In this document: positions 40,029 through 48,843 of the stretch, in pieces | How the letters are laid out: the number at the start of each line of letters is the position of its first letter | Numbering within the stretch: the stretch's first letter is position 1 | From: an uncultured virus (IMG/VR IMGVR_UViG_3300025087_000055) | Lineage: Duplodnaviria > Heunggongvirae > Uroviricota > Caudoviricetes | Virus record (IMG/VR): IMGVR_UViG_3300025087_000055 | DNA length: 64,000 bases | Direction: 5' to 3' (one strand) | The notes under the pieces: model-generated | What the model was told of the DNA's origin: nothing | Seen by the model: only the letters and a program-made list of their open reading frames with translations | The model's database searches: none | Position numbers and translations under genes: made by a program

Positions 40029-41857
40029 TATTCTGTTCCCTCACCTAGATTAAACATTAAACTTTTTGATTCTGCTTTTGGTTTATTAAAGAACAAAAAG
40101 TATCCTCCAACAAATACCACTAAAACTATTATTATCCATGTCCAATTCAGATTAGACAACCAACTCTTTTTTTCTAAAGTTTTTCTAATCACTTCATCAT
40201 TTCCAGCTTTAATAATATATGTTCCATAGTCCTCTATCTTAAAACTAACAAATACTCCTTCTCCTTTTGCTACTTCTGTCGAGTCTCTTAAAACGCTCCA
40301 ACTTGAATTTGAAGATAATTCTAATGTAACACTATCCCCCTTACCCCAATCTTGCAACAAAGGGGTCATAGCCTTATAGGTCACAGAGCTTTTAACAGAT
40401 ATATTTTTATTACCTTGCAAATAACCAGAAGCTATTGCAGATATTACATGTTCTCCACCATATAAAGTTATTAGAGAAGAAGTTTCTATTCCGTCTAATT
40501 TTATAGTAGCGTTTGTTGGACTTGTTGTTACATTTATTATATCTCCAGAATTATAAAACTCCATATTTGGATTTATTAATATTTCTACTGCTTTTTTAGT
40601 TGCTGTGAAGTTTATTACCTTTGCTAAATATCCATTCGAATCAGCCCTTAATTCATACAATTTATCTGCTTCTATATCAAAAGTATTATTAACTTCTAAT
40701 CCATTCAAAAAAAGTTTATAAGACGGAACAATAGAATTAGTTTTATCATCTAATACCAAAATAGTTACTGAACCTGGAATCAAAGTTGATTGAGTTACCT
40801 TATTTCCTGATTGATAAAAATCAAATTTCATAGATGTTCCAGATACAGGAGTATTTCCAGAACTAGAGATTCTAATATCTTGCATAAATGGAGCAAATAT
40901 AGCTGAACCAATATAGGTGAATGTAGTAATGAACTTTGTATTCCCTATTTTCACAGGTCTAAAAGTATAAGTATATACATTTCCTGAAAAGTCTGCTCTT
41001 ACTCCTTCAATGTACTCATTATAGGGTGTATTTACTTCTATGTTTTGAATAACATTAGAACACGACATTGTGTATGTTCCATTTATTGCTAATTCTACGG
41101 CAGACAATGAGCAAGTCGGTCTATTTACAAATGTATCATTAGTTATAGGATTTACTCCGACTGAAACTACTACTTGCAAATTTGAAGGTGATAATTGCAC
41201 TTGTCCTTGTGAATCTGTAGCTAATATAGTAATTTGCGTATTATAATTTCCTGTTTGTGAATTTCTTGCGTCTATATTCAAAGGAATATTTAATGTCTGT
41301 CCTGGATTAACAACACCCAAATCTAAGTCTCCAAATCTTACTAAATCTATGTCTGGATTAAATGAAACTGATTGGATAGTGATTGGTCTAGGATAATTAG
41401 ATGGAACTATTACTTGTATATTTTGTGACTTTGTTTGCCCTTGTTGAACATTTATGACTTTAGCTGTTGGAAAGACTATTACTCCTGATGGATTTTGTTG
41501 TTCTTGAATATTTAATGAAATAGAAATAGGATTGGTACTATCTGAGAACCATAAGTTGCCATTTGAAATACCTGATGTAGTTTGTGTTTGAAAAGTTAAT
41601 CCGATATTCTTATTTGACTCTCCTGGAGAAAATGTAATCGGTGTTGCAGGAACAGTGGAAAAGAAATTTCCTATCTTATTTAATATTACTGAAGCATTGA
41701 CATCAGAATTTGTACAAATTAATGTTTGATTTGAAATTGCTTGATTAGTAAATCCGCTTATTGATAGAGAATTTTGAGAACATGTTATTGATGCAGATAC
41801 AAGACTAATTAATAATATGGAGAATATTATCACTATTGCTATTTGTGTTGCTCTCAT
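40028..41857 (-). CDS. Secreted multi-Ig-like protein with C-terminal TM
   Basis: Signal peptide; beta-rich; C-terminal TM WIIIVLVVFVGGYFLFF. Confidence 0.75.
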   Translation of the reverse strand: MRATQIAIVIIFSILLISLVSASITCSQNSLSISGFTNQAISNQTLICTNSDVNASVILNKIGNFFSTVPATPITFSPGESNKNIGLTFQTQTTSGISNGNLWFSDSTNPISISLNIQEQQNPSGVIVFPTAKVINVQQGQTKSQNIQVIVPSNYPRPITIQSVSFNPDIDLVRFGDLDLGVVNPGQTLNIPLNIDARNSQTGNYNTQITILATDSQGQVQLSPSNLQVVVSVGVNPITNDTFVNRPTCSLSAVELAINGTYTMSCSNVIQNIEVNTPYNEYIEGVRADFSGNVYTYTFRPVKIGNTKFITTFTYIGSAIFAPFMQDIRISSSGNTPVSGTSMKFDFYQSGNKVTQSTLIPGSVTILVLDDKTNSIVPSYKLFLNGLEVNNTFDIEADKLYELRADSNGYLAKVINFTATKKAVEILINPNMEFYNSGDIINVTTSPTNATIKLDGIETSSLITLYGGEHVISAIASGYLQGNKNISVKSSVTYKAMTPLLQDWGKGDSVTLELSSNSSWSVLRDSTEVAKGEGVFVSFKIEDYGTYIIKAGNDEVIRKTLEKKSWLSNLNWTWIIIVLVVFVGGYFLFFNKPKAESKSLMFNLGEGTE

Positions 41858-41858
41858 T

Positions 41859-41894
41859 TTTAGTTGTTTAGTTTATAAACAAGTTTTAGAAACA
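41859..41894. repeat. 36-bp operator-like element; inverted copy at 51851-51886 (35/36), partial copies at 38282-38299 and 48303-48332
   Basis: TTTAGTTGTTTAGTTTATAAACAAG(T/G)TTTAGAAACA read directly. Confidence 0.85.
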
Positions 41895-41922
41895 ATCTAA
41901 CTATTTAAATGTTACCACGGAA

Positions 41923-41948
41923 GTACATTGTTGCATAAAGTGGACTTA
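41923..41948. repeat. Left arm of a 26-bp inverted repeat (partner 42285-42310, 23/26)
   Basis: GTACATTGTTGCAT-AAAG-TGGACTTA vs GTACATTGTTGCAT-TGAC-TGGACTTA. Confidence 0.8.
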
Positions 41949-41986
41949 ACCGATAAATATTTAAATAAGCAATTTCATTATTATTT

Positions 41987-42256
41987 ATGGCAAATGTATG
42001 TTACAGAATACAATTTATTACTGATGATAGATTTGAAGGAACTAAAGAGAAACTAATGTCTATGGATAAAGAGTTAAAGAAAACTGGTGTTCAGATTATT
42101 AATGAGGGGGAAATTAGACCATTGACATTTGAAAATGAAAAAAATAAACAATGGCGAAAGGATTATACTATTGGCAAAGGGAATTTAAAATGGAAAGAAG
42201 TCTATGGTAAAATAAACAGAATCTACGCCCCATTTTATAAAAAAGTTCGTTGTTAA
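41987..42256 (+). CDS. 89-aa basic protein inside the inverted-repeat cassette
   Basis: ORF track; own TATA at 41960-41967. Confidence 0.75.
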   Translation: MANVCYRIQFITDDRFEGTKEKLMSMDKELKKTGVQIINEGEIRPLTFENEKNKQWRKDYTIGKGNLKWKEVYGKINRIYAPFYKKVRC

Positions 42257-42284
42257 ATTCTAAAAAATATTTCTTAAAAACACA

Positions 42285-42310
42285 TAAGTCCAGTCAATGC
42301 AACAATGTAC
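42285..42310. repeat. Right arm of the 26-bp inverted repeat
   Basis: Reverse complement of 41923-41948 with 3 mismatches. Confidence 0.8.
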
Positions 42311-42323
42311 CATGGAACTAAAT

Positions 42324-43256
42324 CTATAAATCGCTCAATCTACTCTTGAATTCGTTTAAATCCATAACTTTAATATCGTTTTCCCATAATCTTAAAACTT
42401 TAAATCCTTTTTCAATTAATTCTTTTGTACGAATGTGGTCTATTTCTCTACCAATGGGGTATTTATGCCAATATACTCCATCACATTCTATCACTAAATT
42501 TATAGAAGGAATTAAAATATCACATTGGTAACCGTGTTCAATTTCCTTCATGTATTGATGTGTAAAAAACTCTATTCCTAACTCTTTAAGGAAATTCTGA
42601 ATTTTGATTTCTATTGATGTATCTTTAACTGGGAGAACTCTCCCTTTTCTCTTATCTACCAATAATTTACGATGTTCTAAACTTTTCATCGCCACAAGCC
42701 ATCTTTTCTCTATGTCTTCTGTCCTTTTATGACCTTTTCTAAAAGCAGTTTTATTTGGTTGTAATATTCCTTTTGAGTATAACATTTTTAATGTGTTTGC
42801 TTGTTTTTTTATATTTTCCAGACTACGTTTCTTACCTGTTAATGCTTGACTAATCTTCATATTTCTTTCCTTATTATGCCAAGTCGTTTTCATCCATATC
42901 TCTCTTTCATATTCTTTCATTTTCCGACCTTTATTCCACGCCACTATCTCTCCACTTTTTATTTTATCTTTTCTGGTTGTAGACGCTCTCAACCGAACAA
43001 ATTGGTCTTTCATAGGGTTATTATTTAAATTCCTAATGGTTGTCCATGGACACTTTCGACCCTTAGTGATTCCCTTCAAACTCTTTGCGATATTATTTTT
43101 ATGCTCATTTGATAACTTTTTTCCCTTATGACTTGTTGACATTTTTCTCCTTGCATCGAGTGAATGTATGTGTCCTTTTTTGAATTCGGTGGATGGGGAA
43201 AAATGTCTACCTTTGAGTTTTTCATTCACCGTTTTATTAGTTTCTATTTTAGTTAC
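42324..43256 (-). CDS. NUMOD3-repeat + DUF559/Vsr-like endonuclease (likely start MVTKIET)
   Basis: HSLDARRKMSTSHKGKKLS NUMOD3 repeats; DILIPSINLVIECDGVYWH...GFKVLRLWE; ATGA overlap with the upstream gene. Confidence 0.8.
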   Translation of the reverse strand, partial: VTKIETNKTVNEKLKGRHFSPSTEFKKGHIHSLDARRKMSTSHKGKKLSNEHKNNIAKSLKGITKGRKCPWTTIRNLNNNPMKDQFVRLRASTTRKDKIKSGEIVAWNKGRKMKEYEREIWMKTTWHNKERNMKISQALTGKKRSLENIKKQANTLKMLYSKGILQPNKTAFRKGHKRTEDIEKRWLVAMKSLEHRKLLVDKRKGRVLPVKDTSIEIKIQNFLKELGIEFFTHQYMKEIEHGYQCDILIPSINLVIECDGVYWHKYPIGREIDHIRTKELIEKGFKVLRLWENDIKVMDLNEFKSRLSDL

Positions 43257-43519
43257 CATGATGGCATAATTAAACCTAAGATTAACAAAATTGACATTGC
43301 AATTATAATCCATTTTAATATAGGCTTTGTTATTTTTAAAGAAGAATAAAAGGCAATTAGTGCTAGAGTAAATAATAATAATCCTGCCCAACGTTGACTA
43401 ACATTCATCCCATATTTTGCTAGAAATGTAATAATAAAGTCTGTTGTCTTTTGGGAAAATATTGATAATGGATTAGTTACAAGACTCAAATCAATTCCTG
43501 ATATAGACTCATTCGCCAT
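43253..43519 (-). CDS. Small membrane protein (start MANESIS) whose promoter is interrupted by the IS
   Basis: Two C-terminal TMs; ATG 43519. Confidence 0.7.
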   Translation of the reverse strand: MANESISGIDLSLVTNPLSIFSQKTTDFIITFLAKYGMNVSQRWAGLLLFTLALIAFYSSLKITKPILKWIIIAMSILLILGLIMPSW

Positions 43520-43543
43520 AAGGAACAATACTTAACAAACTAT

Positions 43544-44851
43544 GTGACATCCTACAACCAATAAATTGATTGGCTTCCAATGAAGAAGAATTATGGTTGT
43601 GCATCTTCTTCAAGTATAGTTCCTATTTCATCGAGATTAGCCTTTATTTCTAAAGGTCTTACTATCTCTCCAAAGGCGTTAAGTTTGGGCTTGTCCAGCC
43701 CTACTAAAATATTCCTTGATGCGTTTAAATCTCTACTCATTTCAAGACCACATAAGCACTTGTAATTTCTCTTATTCAGAGACATTTTCTGCCTATTTCC
43801 GCAAGAACTACAAATCTGGCTCGTATATCTTGGATTAACTTGTTCTACTTTTCCACCAGTATTTTCAACTTTGTAAGAAAGCATCTGAACAAAACTACTC
43901 CAACCCGCATCAGAAATACTTTTTGCTAAATATTTATTCTGAACCATTCCTTTGACATTTAGCTTTTCAACAGCTATTATTTTAAACCTCCTTACAATTT
44001 TTGCTGTTTGATTATGCAAGAAATCATTTCTTTGATTAAATATTTTTTCATGTTGCCTTGAAACTCTTAATTTTGCTTTCTGTCTGTTCTTACTTCCCTT
44101 TTTCTTACTGCTCAATCTTCTTTGAAGTTTTACTAATTGTTTCTCGTTTCTTCTGAAGAACTTTGGGTTCTCAATTACTTCTCCGTTAGAAAGAGTAGCG
44201 AAATTCTCAAGTCCAACATCAATCCCAATTTTCTTTTCCAGTGGTTTTATCTTGTCTAACACAATCCCTTCGCAAGAAAATATAGCATACCATTTATCGG
44301 CATATCTCTTTATTGTTAGTGTCTTTATCTTTCCTTTAATTTCCCTATGCAAAACAATCGGAACGTTTCCTATTTTTGAGAGATAAATTTTTTTATGATT
44401 GACTTTGAATCCTGATTGAGGGAAAGTTATTGATTTGTACCTCTGAAAAGATTTGAATCTGGGAAATCCTACTTTTCTTTTCTTTTCTTTAACCCTTCTG
44501 AAGAAGTGTTTGAAAGCATCGGTAATTCGTTTAGAAATATTTTGTTTGACTTGGCTATTTAATTCTACATCAAAGGGTTTGGTTAATTTATTTAAATCAA
44601 ATTGAGAAAGATTTGTCTTATCTTCTTTGTAAGCATTTATTTTTGTTTCAAGAAGTTTGTTATAGATGAAACAACAATCAGAGATAGACTTATTCATTCT
44701 AACCTCTTGTTTTCCAGAAGGATAGATTCTGTATCTAAAATTCCTTTGCACAACCATTCTTTTTTTATGTTCTTCATCTTTATATATCTTTTCATTTTTA
44801 ACTCGCTTTCATCCAACGATTGAAATCATTGGTTTTCCCGCTCGTGACTTC
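43544..44851 (-). mobile_element. Non-autonomous IS200/IS605-family element (IS1341-like, tnpB only)
   Basis: Left end GAAGTCACGAGCGGGAAAACCAATGATTTCAATCGTTGG (hairpin) preceded by TTTAT. Right end GGAAGCCAATCAATTTATTGGTTGTAGGATGTCAC ends in TCAC at 43544. No tnpA. Confidence 0.8.
43591..44757 (-). CDS. tnpB: RNA-guided endonuclease TnpB
   Basis: FRYRIYP HTH; RuvC I IGIDVG, RuvC II IAVEKL, Zn finger CSSCG...CLCG, RuvC III RDLNAS. Confidence 0.95.
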   Translation of the reverse strand: MVVQRNFRYRIYPSGKQEVRMNKSISDCCFIYNKLLETKINAYKEDKTNLSQFDLNKLTKPFDVELNSQVKQNISKRITDAFKHFFRRVKEKKRKVGFPRFKSFQRYKSITFPQSGFKVNHKKIYLSKIGNVPIVLHREIKGKIKTLTIKRYADKWYAIFSCEGIVLDKIKPLEKKIGIDVGLENFATLSNGEVIENPKFFRRNEKQLVKLQRRLSSKKKGSKNRQKAKLRVSRQHEKIFNQRNDFLHNQTAKIVRRFKIIAVEKLNVKGMVQNKYLAKSISDAGWSSFVQMLSYKVENTGGKVEQVNPRYTSQICSSCGNRQKMSLNKRNYKCLCGLEMSRDLNASRNILVGLDKPKLNAFGEIVRPLEIKANLDEIGTILEEDAQP

Positions 44852-44863
44852 ATAAATCTAATC

Positions 44864-44894
44864 CTATCACTTAATGATAGAAATGATTTAAATA
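44864..44894 (+). promoter_or_regulatory. CTATCA-N5-TGATAG palindrome (44864-44880) + 6 nt + TATA TTTAAATA (44887-44894)
   Basis: Read directly; also 7 nt from the IS-disrupted minus-strand TATA. Confidence 0.8.
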
Positions 44895-44915
44895 TAAGGA
44901 GGTATTCTGCATTTT

Positions 44916-45053
44916 ATGAAGAGCAAAGCAATAATAAAGGTTCATTGTAACGCAATGGATGGAAACAAAATTAGACGAGTCTATGGAAAAGGTTCTGAAG
45001 CATTTAAGCAATGGAAACAACAATGTCGTTCATTATTTAAAAAATCAAGGTAA
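44916..45053 (+). CDS. 45-aa basic two-Cys peptide (below cutoff)
   Basis: AAGGAGGT RBS; MKSKAIIKVHCNAMDGNKIRRVYGKGSEAFKQWKQQCRSLFKKSR. Confidence 0.6.
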   Translation: MKSKAIIKVHCNAMDGNKIRRVYGKGSEAFKQWKQQCRSLFKKSR

Positions 45054-45060
45054 TCATATT

Positions 45061-45108
45061 CCCCTCTAAAGTTGCTCTCAAAAGTTGGTTAACTTTAACT
45101 TAGAGGGG
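45061..45108. terminator. Hairpin between convergent genes (CCCCTCTAA...TTAGAGGGG)
   Basis: Inverted repeat read directly. Confidence 0.5.
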
Positions 45109-45116
45109 ATTATAAT

Positions 45117-46244
45117 CTAATTCTTCTTAAGCATACCTGTTAATAAAATTGTCGCTTCCTTTCCTATTTCTTTCTTTTCCATTGATTTTTGTCTATTTAC
45201 CCAATCTCTTAAATCATAAACGGTTCGTAAATTGAATGCATCGATTGCGTTTATACAAGAGATTATCTTGTGTTTTGTGGATATTTCTCTTTTTATTAAA
45301 AACTTTGCCACTCTAAAATCCTCTTCAGTTACCACAATGTTTCCACCCTCTACTCTTCTATTAAATACGTTCAGAAATGCATGAGCTATCATAAATCTAT
45401 ATGCTTCTTCTAGTTCTCTTATTGCTTGAACCCCGAACTTCTGAAATGAAGGATTTACTAAGGGTTTTATGAATGGAAGCATTTGGTCTTTTATACTATC
45501 TGGAATTATATAACCTGTAATTGGACTATATATTGAATGTTCTCCATTTTGAATCTTTAATAATTCTTTATAATAATAAGGAATATAATTAAATGTCTCT
45601 GTTCCATTTGTACCAACTTCTTTATTTACATAATCTAAAATATATTCGTGTTCAGATTGTGAATGAAATGATATTAATGGAGATACTCTAGATAACATTC
45701 CGTCTCTGATTACTCTATTGTTTATATTTTCTGGAGTTCCTGATAAGTATGCTACCGCTTCTATATCTTTTTTAGTTTCCCCTTCTTTTTTATTCCTCAT
45801 TGTGTTTCTAGAGATTATTCCTTCTTCTAAGATATTTTCCATTTGTTTTGTCAATAGGGGGTCTGCAAATATTCTAGCAACATCCGAAACAATTAATGAA
45901 ACTCTATCTTTCTGGGATAATTCATAATAAAGTCTTGCATCAGTTATGTACTCAAAATGCATTGGTTCAAATGTTATCTTTTCAAATTCTCTAGCTATTG
46001 AACTTTTTCCTGAACCTACGCCACTAAGTAGCAAAAAATGAATCCTTGAACGAAACTTTGTTTTGTTTCTTGATATTTTTGGTAAGATTAAACTTACCGG
46101 AACTAGGGATAATACTGAAAATACCTTACTTCCCATAAAGGGATATATCTTTTCATAGTATTCTCTTATGTACCTGTAGGGGGACCTAATTAATTCTTGT
46201 GGAAGTTGGTCAAAAGTAATTTCGGGTTGATTTGTTTCTTCCAT
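45117..46244 (-). CDS. MCM-like AAA+ ATPase (AAA core only), candidate replicative helicase
   Basis: Walker A SGVGSGKS; MLSRV Arg-finger-like motif; IRELE sensor-2-like motif; degenerate Walker B (IVSDV); no N-terminal OB/Zn domain. Confidence 0.6.
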   Translation of the reverse strand: MEETNQPEITFDQLPQELIRSPYRYIREYYEKIYPFMGSKVFSVLSLVPVSLILPKISRNKTKFRSRIHFLLLSGVGSGKSSIAREFEKITFEPMHFEYITDARLYYELSQKDRVSLIVSDVARIFADPLLTKQMENILEEGIISRNTMRNKKEGETKKDIEAVAYLSGTPENINNRVIRDGMLSRVSPLISFHSQSEHEYILDYVNKEVGTNGTETFNYIPYYYKELLKIQNGEHSIYSPITGYIIPDSIKDQMLPFIKPLVNPSFQKFGVQAIRELEEAYRFMIAHAFLNVFNRRVEGGNIVVTEEDFRVAKFLIKREISTKHKIISCINAIDAFNLRTVYDLRDWVNRQKSMEKKEIGKEATILLTGMLKKN

Positions 46245-46258
46245 ACTAATTCTAATTA

Positions 46259-46705
46259 TTAATAGTCTTTAAACATTTCGCTTCTTAGAAAATGATATTT
46301 AATTATTGCTACCATAGATACTATTAACACTAGAAATGATAAGATGTATATTGGTATCTGCGCTTTTTTTGCATTTGCTTCTGTAACCTTGTCTATGCGA
46401 TTATATTCTTGCTTTTCTATATCTGTTAAATCACTTCTTGTATGATATGTATACAATCCAATAATGCTATGAACACTAAATAATTGTTTTACTGATATTG
46501 GGACAATAAATCCACATGTCATGGTGGTGTTCTCATAAACAAATGTATTTAAATCGCTACGATGTCTTAATTCATGAATAATAGTTCCTGAAACTATAAA
46601 TCCAAATAAAGCGAAAATCATTAAAAAAATTAATGCGATTGTTTCTATGTATCTAAATTTACTTCTGCCACCAAAAAAGAAATGTATCACCTTTTCTAGA
46701 ATCAT
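46259..46705 (-). CDS. Membrane protein with HExxH motif (M50-like metallopeptidase candidate)
   Basis: IIHELRH right after a TM segment. Confidence 0.5.
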   Translation of the reverse strand: MILEKVIHFFFGGRSKFRYIETIALIFLMIFALFGFIVSGTIIHELRHRSDLNTFVYENTTMTCGFIVPISVKQLFSVHSIIGLYTYHTRSDLTDIEKQEYNRIDKVTEANAKKAQIPIYILSFLVLIVSMVAIIKYHFLRSEMFKDY

Positions 46706-46917
46706 ATACTATTCCTCGCTTCATTTCTTTGTTGTATTTCTCTATATTTAATTGTCCAAAATAGAGAGCAATTTTCTTTTAATCTATATTCACATTCTGA
46801 CCCAGACATGAAACAATATTTTCTTTCAAATAGAGCAGGACAATTATGGAGAATTTCATCTCCAAGTTTCTTTTCTAAATCTATTCTTACTCCTTTGAAA
46901 TCTGTTTTCTTTGTCAC
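46702..46917 (-). CDS. Small Cys-rich protein
   Basis: ORF track. Confidence 0.55.
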   Translation of the reverse strand: MTKKTDFKGVRIDLEKKLGDEILHNCPALFERKYCFMSGSECEYRLKENCSLFWTIKYREIQQRNEARNSI

Positions 46918-47132
46918 GTTATTTTTTCTAAACCTCCTATCTTTTCTAATTCGTGAATCTTTTTATAAATCTCATATCTTTTTCTTATCTCTTTATATGC
47001 TCCGCATTTTGTTCTGTCGCCAAAATAAGGGCATATTATATCATTTAAATGACAAAAACGTATTGACTCTCCATCTATCTCTTCGTACAACGGGCAAATT
47101 GGAAATCTATGTGTTGTCATATTCCTCTCCAT
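46914..47132 (-). CDS. Small Cys-rich protein
   Basis: ORF track; CPL..C..C..C spacing resembles its neighbour. Confidence 0.55.
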   Translation of the reverse strand: MERNMTTHRFPICPLYEEIDGESIRFCHLNDIICPYFGDRTKCGAYKEIRKRYEIYKKIHELEKIGGLEKIT

Positions 47133-47289
47133 AATGTTCTATGTCCAAATCCCTACAAATTGATTTTAAACTTTCAGAATATATTACTTCTATTAATGTT
47201 CTCTCTAAAACTACCTTGTCTCCTTTTATTAACCCTAAATAAACTCCTTCTTTATTTTTTTCTTTAATGTGAAATATTTTTTGCATCAT
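47107..47289 (-). CDS. Hypothetical protein
   Basis: ORF track. Confidence 0.5.
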   Translation of the reverse strand: MMQKIFHIKEKNKEGVYLGLIKGDKVVLERTLIEVIYSESLKSICRDLDIEHYGEEYDNT

Positions 47290-47492
47290 ACTTTTTTATG
47301 CTCCTCTTTTATCTGTCTTCTCTTTCTAGCCTTTCTCCATAAATCTAATATCTCAGGAGTTTTCTTCCAATCTATATATGCAAGTGAACATTCAAGATGT
47401 AAGTAAGCACCTAAATCACATTCATTTAAGCACAAAATACAAGTTCCGTACTTTGCATTCCCAGGGTCAATAAAAGTTTCTTGCAGCATCAT
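47286..47492 (-). CDS. Small Zn-finger protein
   Basis: CILC...HLEC. Confidence 0.55.
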   Translation of the reverse strand: MMLQETFIDPGNAKYGTCILCLNECDLGAYLHLECSLAYIDWKKTPEILDLWRKARKRRQIKEEHKKV

Positions 47493-48070
47493 TTTTCTTC
47501 TAAATATTTTGTTAATGCATGAATTGAACCAAAGATTATAGTACCTGGAAATACTGCGATACCAGTCATACCAAAAGAAGGAGCTATTGCTGTTAATCCA
47601 ATAGAAGATATCGCCCCAACACCTAAAGATTCTAATATATTTACTGCCTTATATGTTGACACTCCTTTAATTAGGGGGTCAATTTGCATTACCATTTTAC
47701 TATCCCTATAGATTAAAACCTTCTTTTCTTCCTCTGAAACTAGAATACAAACATTTTCTTTTGATGCCGATATTGCAGCTGAATGTCTACTTCCTTTGCC
47801 TTTTTGAGTTTTGTTTATTTTGATTAATGCTCCATATTCTTTTACAATGCCTTTAGTGGATAGTATAATCGCTCCGTCAATCAAAGATAACGTTTTCAAT
47901 AATTTATTACTTCCAGAACCAAATATGCTAAATTCTTCTATCTTTTGATTCATTAGCCTTCTATATTTAACATTGTCTCCAATTACAAATAAAGCTCCTT
48001 TTCCTTCTCTTGCTATTGACATACAAATATTCAATACCTTTTTTTCTATTTCTTTTATCTTATTTTCCAT
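47489..48070 (-). CDS. Diadenylate cyclase (DisA_N/DAC domain) with C-terminal hydrophobic Gly-rich tail
   Basis: GALFVIGD, catalytic IDGAIIL and GSRHSAA, plus VSEE, in canonical DAC order. Confidence 0.88.
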   Translation of the reverse strand: MENKIKEIEKKVLNICMSIAREGKGALFVIGDNVKYRRLMNQKIEEFSIFGSGSNKLLKTLSLIDGAIILSTKGIVKEYGALIKINKTQKGKGSRHSAAISASKENVCILVSEEEKKVLIYRDSKMVMQIDPLIKGVSTYKAVNILESLGVGAISSIGLTAIAPSFGMTGIAVFPGTIIFGSIHALTKYLEEK

Positions 48071-48263
48071 CTTTATAATAAACTATCTTAACATTTCCGT
48101 AGTCTCTTACTTTTATTAAATTTTCTACTGACAAAACTTCTATCCATTTTGAAATTGTTGGATATGATACCCCTAATCCTTCTGAAATCTCTTTTAGACT
48201 TGTTCCCTTTTCATGAAAATTCTTTATAAATTTTAAGATGTCATCTTTATAGTTTTCTCTCAT
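48060..48263 (-). CDS. Winged-HTH regulator heading the DAC operon
   Basis: SLKEISEGLGVSYPTISKWIEVL. Confidence 0.8.
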   Translation of the reverse strand: MRENYKDDILKFIKNFHEKGTSLKEISEGLGVSYPTISKWIEVLSVENLIKVRDYGNVKIVYYKDGK

Positions 48264-48277
48264 AGTATATTTTAATG

Positions 48278-48332
48278 TTTAGTTGTTTATAAACCTTGCG
48301 TTTAAACCTTGTTTATAAACGAAACAACTAAA
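48278..48332. promoter_or_regulatory. Inverted pair of GTTTATAAAC-core elements at the HTH-DAC promoter
   Basis: GTTTATAAAC at 48285-48294 and 48311-48320; the second matches the 41859 element over about 30 bp. Confidence 0.65.
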
Positions 48333-48843
48333 TAATACGTGTCACGCTACCTCTGCTATTATATAAAATTTTCCCTTTCTCTTTGAAGTAACGCAATGTC
48401 CCCCAACATTGAAAATATTTGGCAGTATCGACTTTTCTCGAACCTATAAATTCTTTGTATGTCATTAATCCAAACTCTCTATTCTTCATTAAATCTTCTA
48501 TAATGTGCGAAATTCTAATATCATCAAGTCCGACTGACTTCAACGTATCTTTAAATATATTTAGATGTCTATTAGATATTGTACTCTTTATGTTAAATTC
48601 TTCTATAAATGCTTGATAAAATTCTGTACTTTTCACCTTCTCCCCTACATTCAGACTCTGGATAAATCTTTCTGTAAAATCTAATATATATCTTGGAATC
48701 TCTATTTTTCCTATTTTTCCTGATTTGTCGTTATAAATTATTATTACACTCTCTGCTAATTCTTCGATAGCTTCAATCTTGTCTTTTCCTGGCGTATCAC
48801 TTGTAACTCTTTCTTCCATTAATCTTCCTCCACATAATTCCAA
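48328..48843 (-). CDS. Hypothetical protein
   Basis: ORF track. Confidence 0.65.
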   Translation of the reverse strand: MELCGGRLMEERVTSDTPGKDKIEAIEELAESVIIIYNDKSGKIGKIEIPRYILDFTERFIQSLNVGEKVKSTEFYQAFIEEFNIKSTISNRHLNIFKDTLKSVGLDDIRISHIIEDLMKNREFGLMTYKEFIGSRKVDTAKYFQCWGTLRYFKEKGKILYNSRGSVTRII

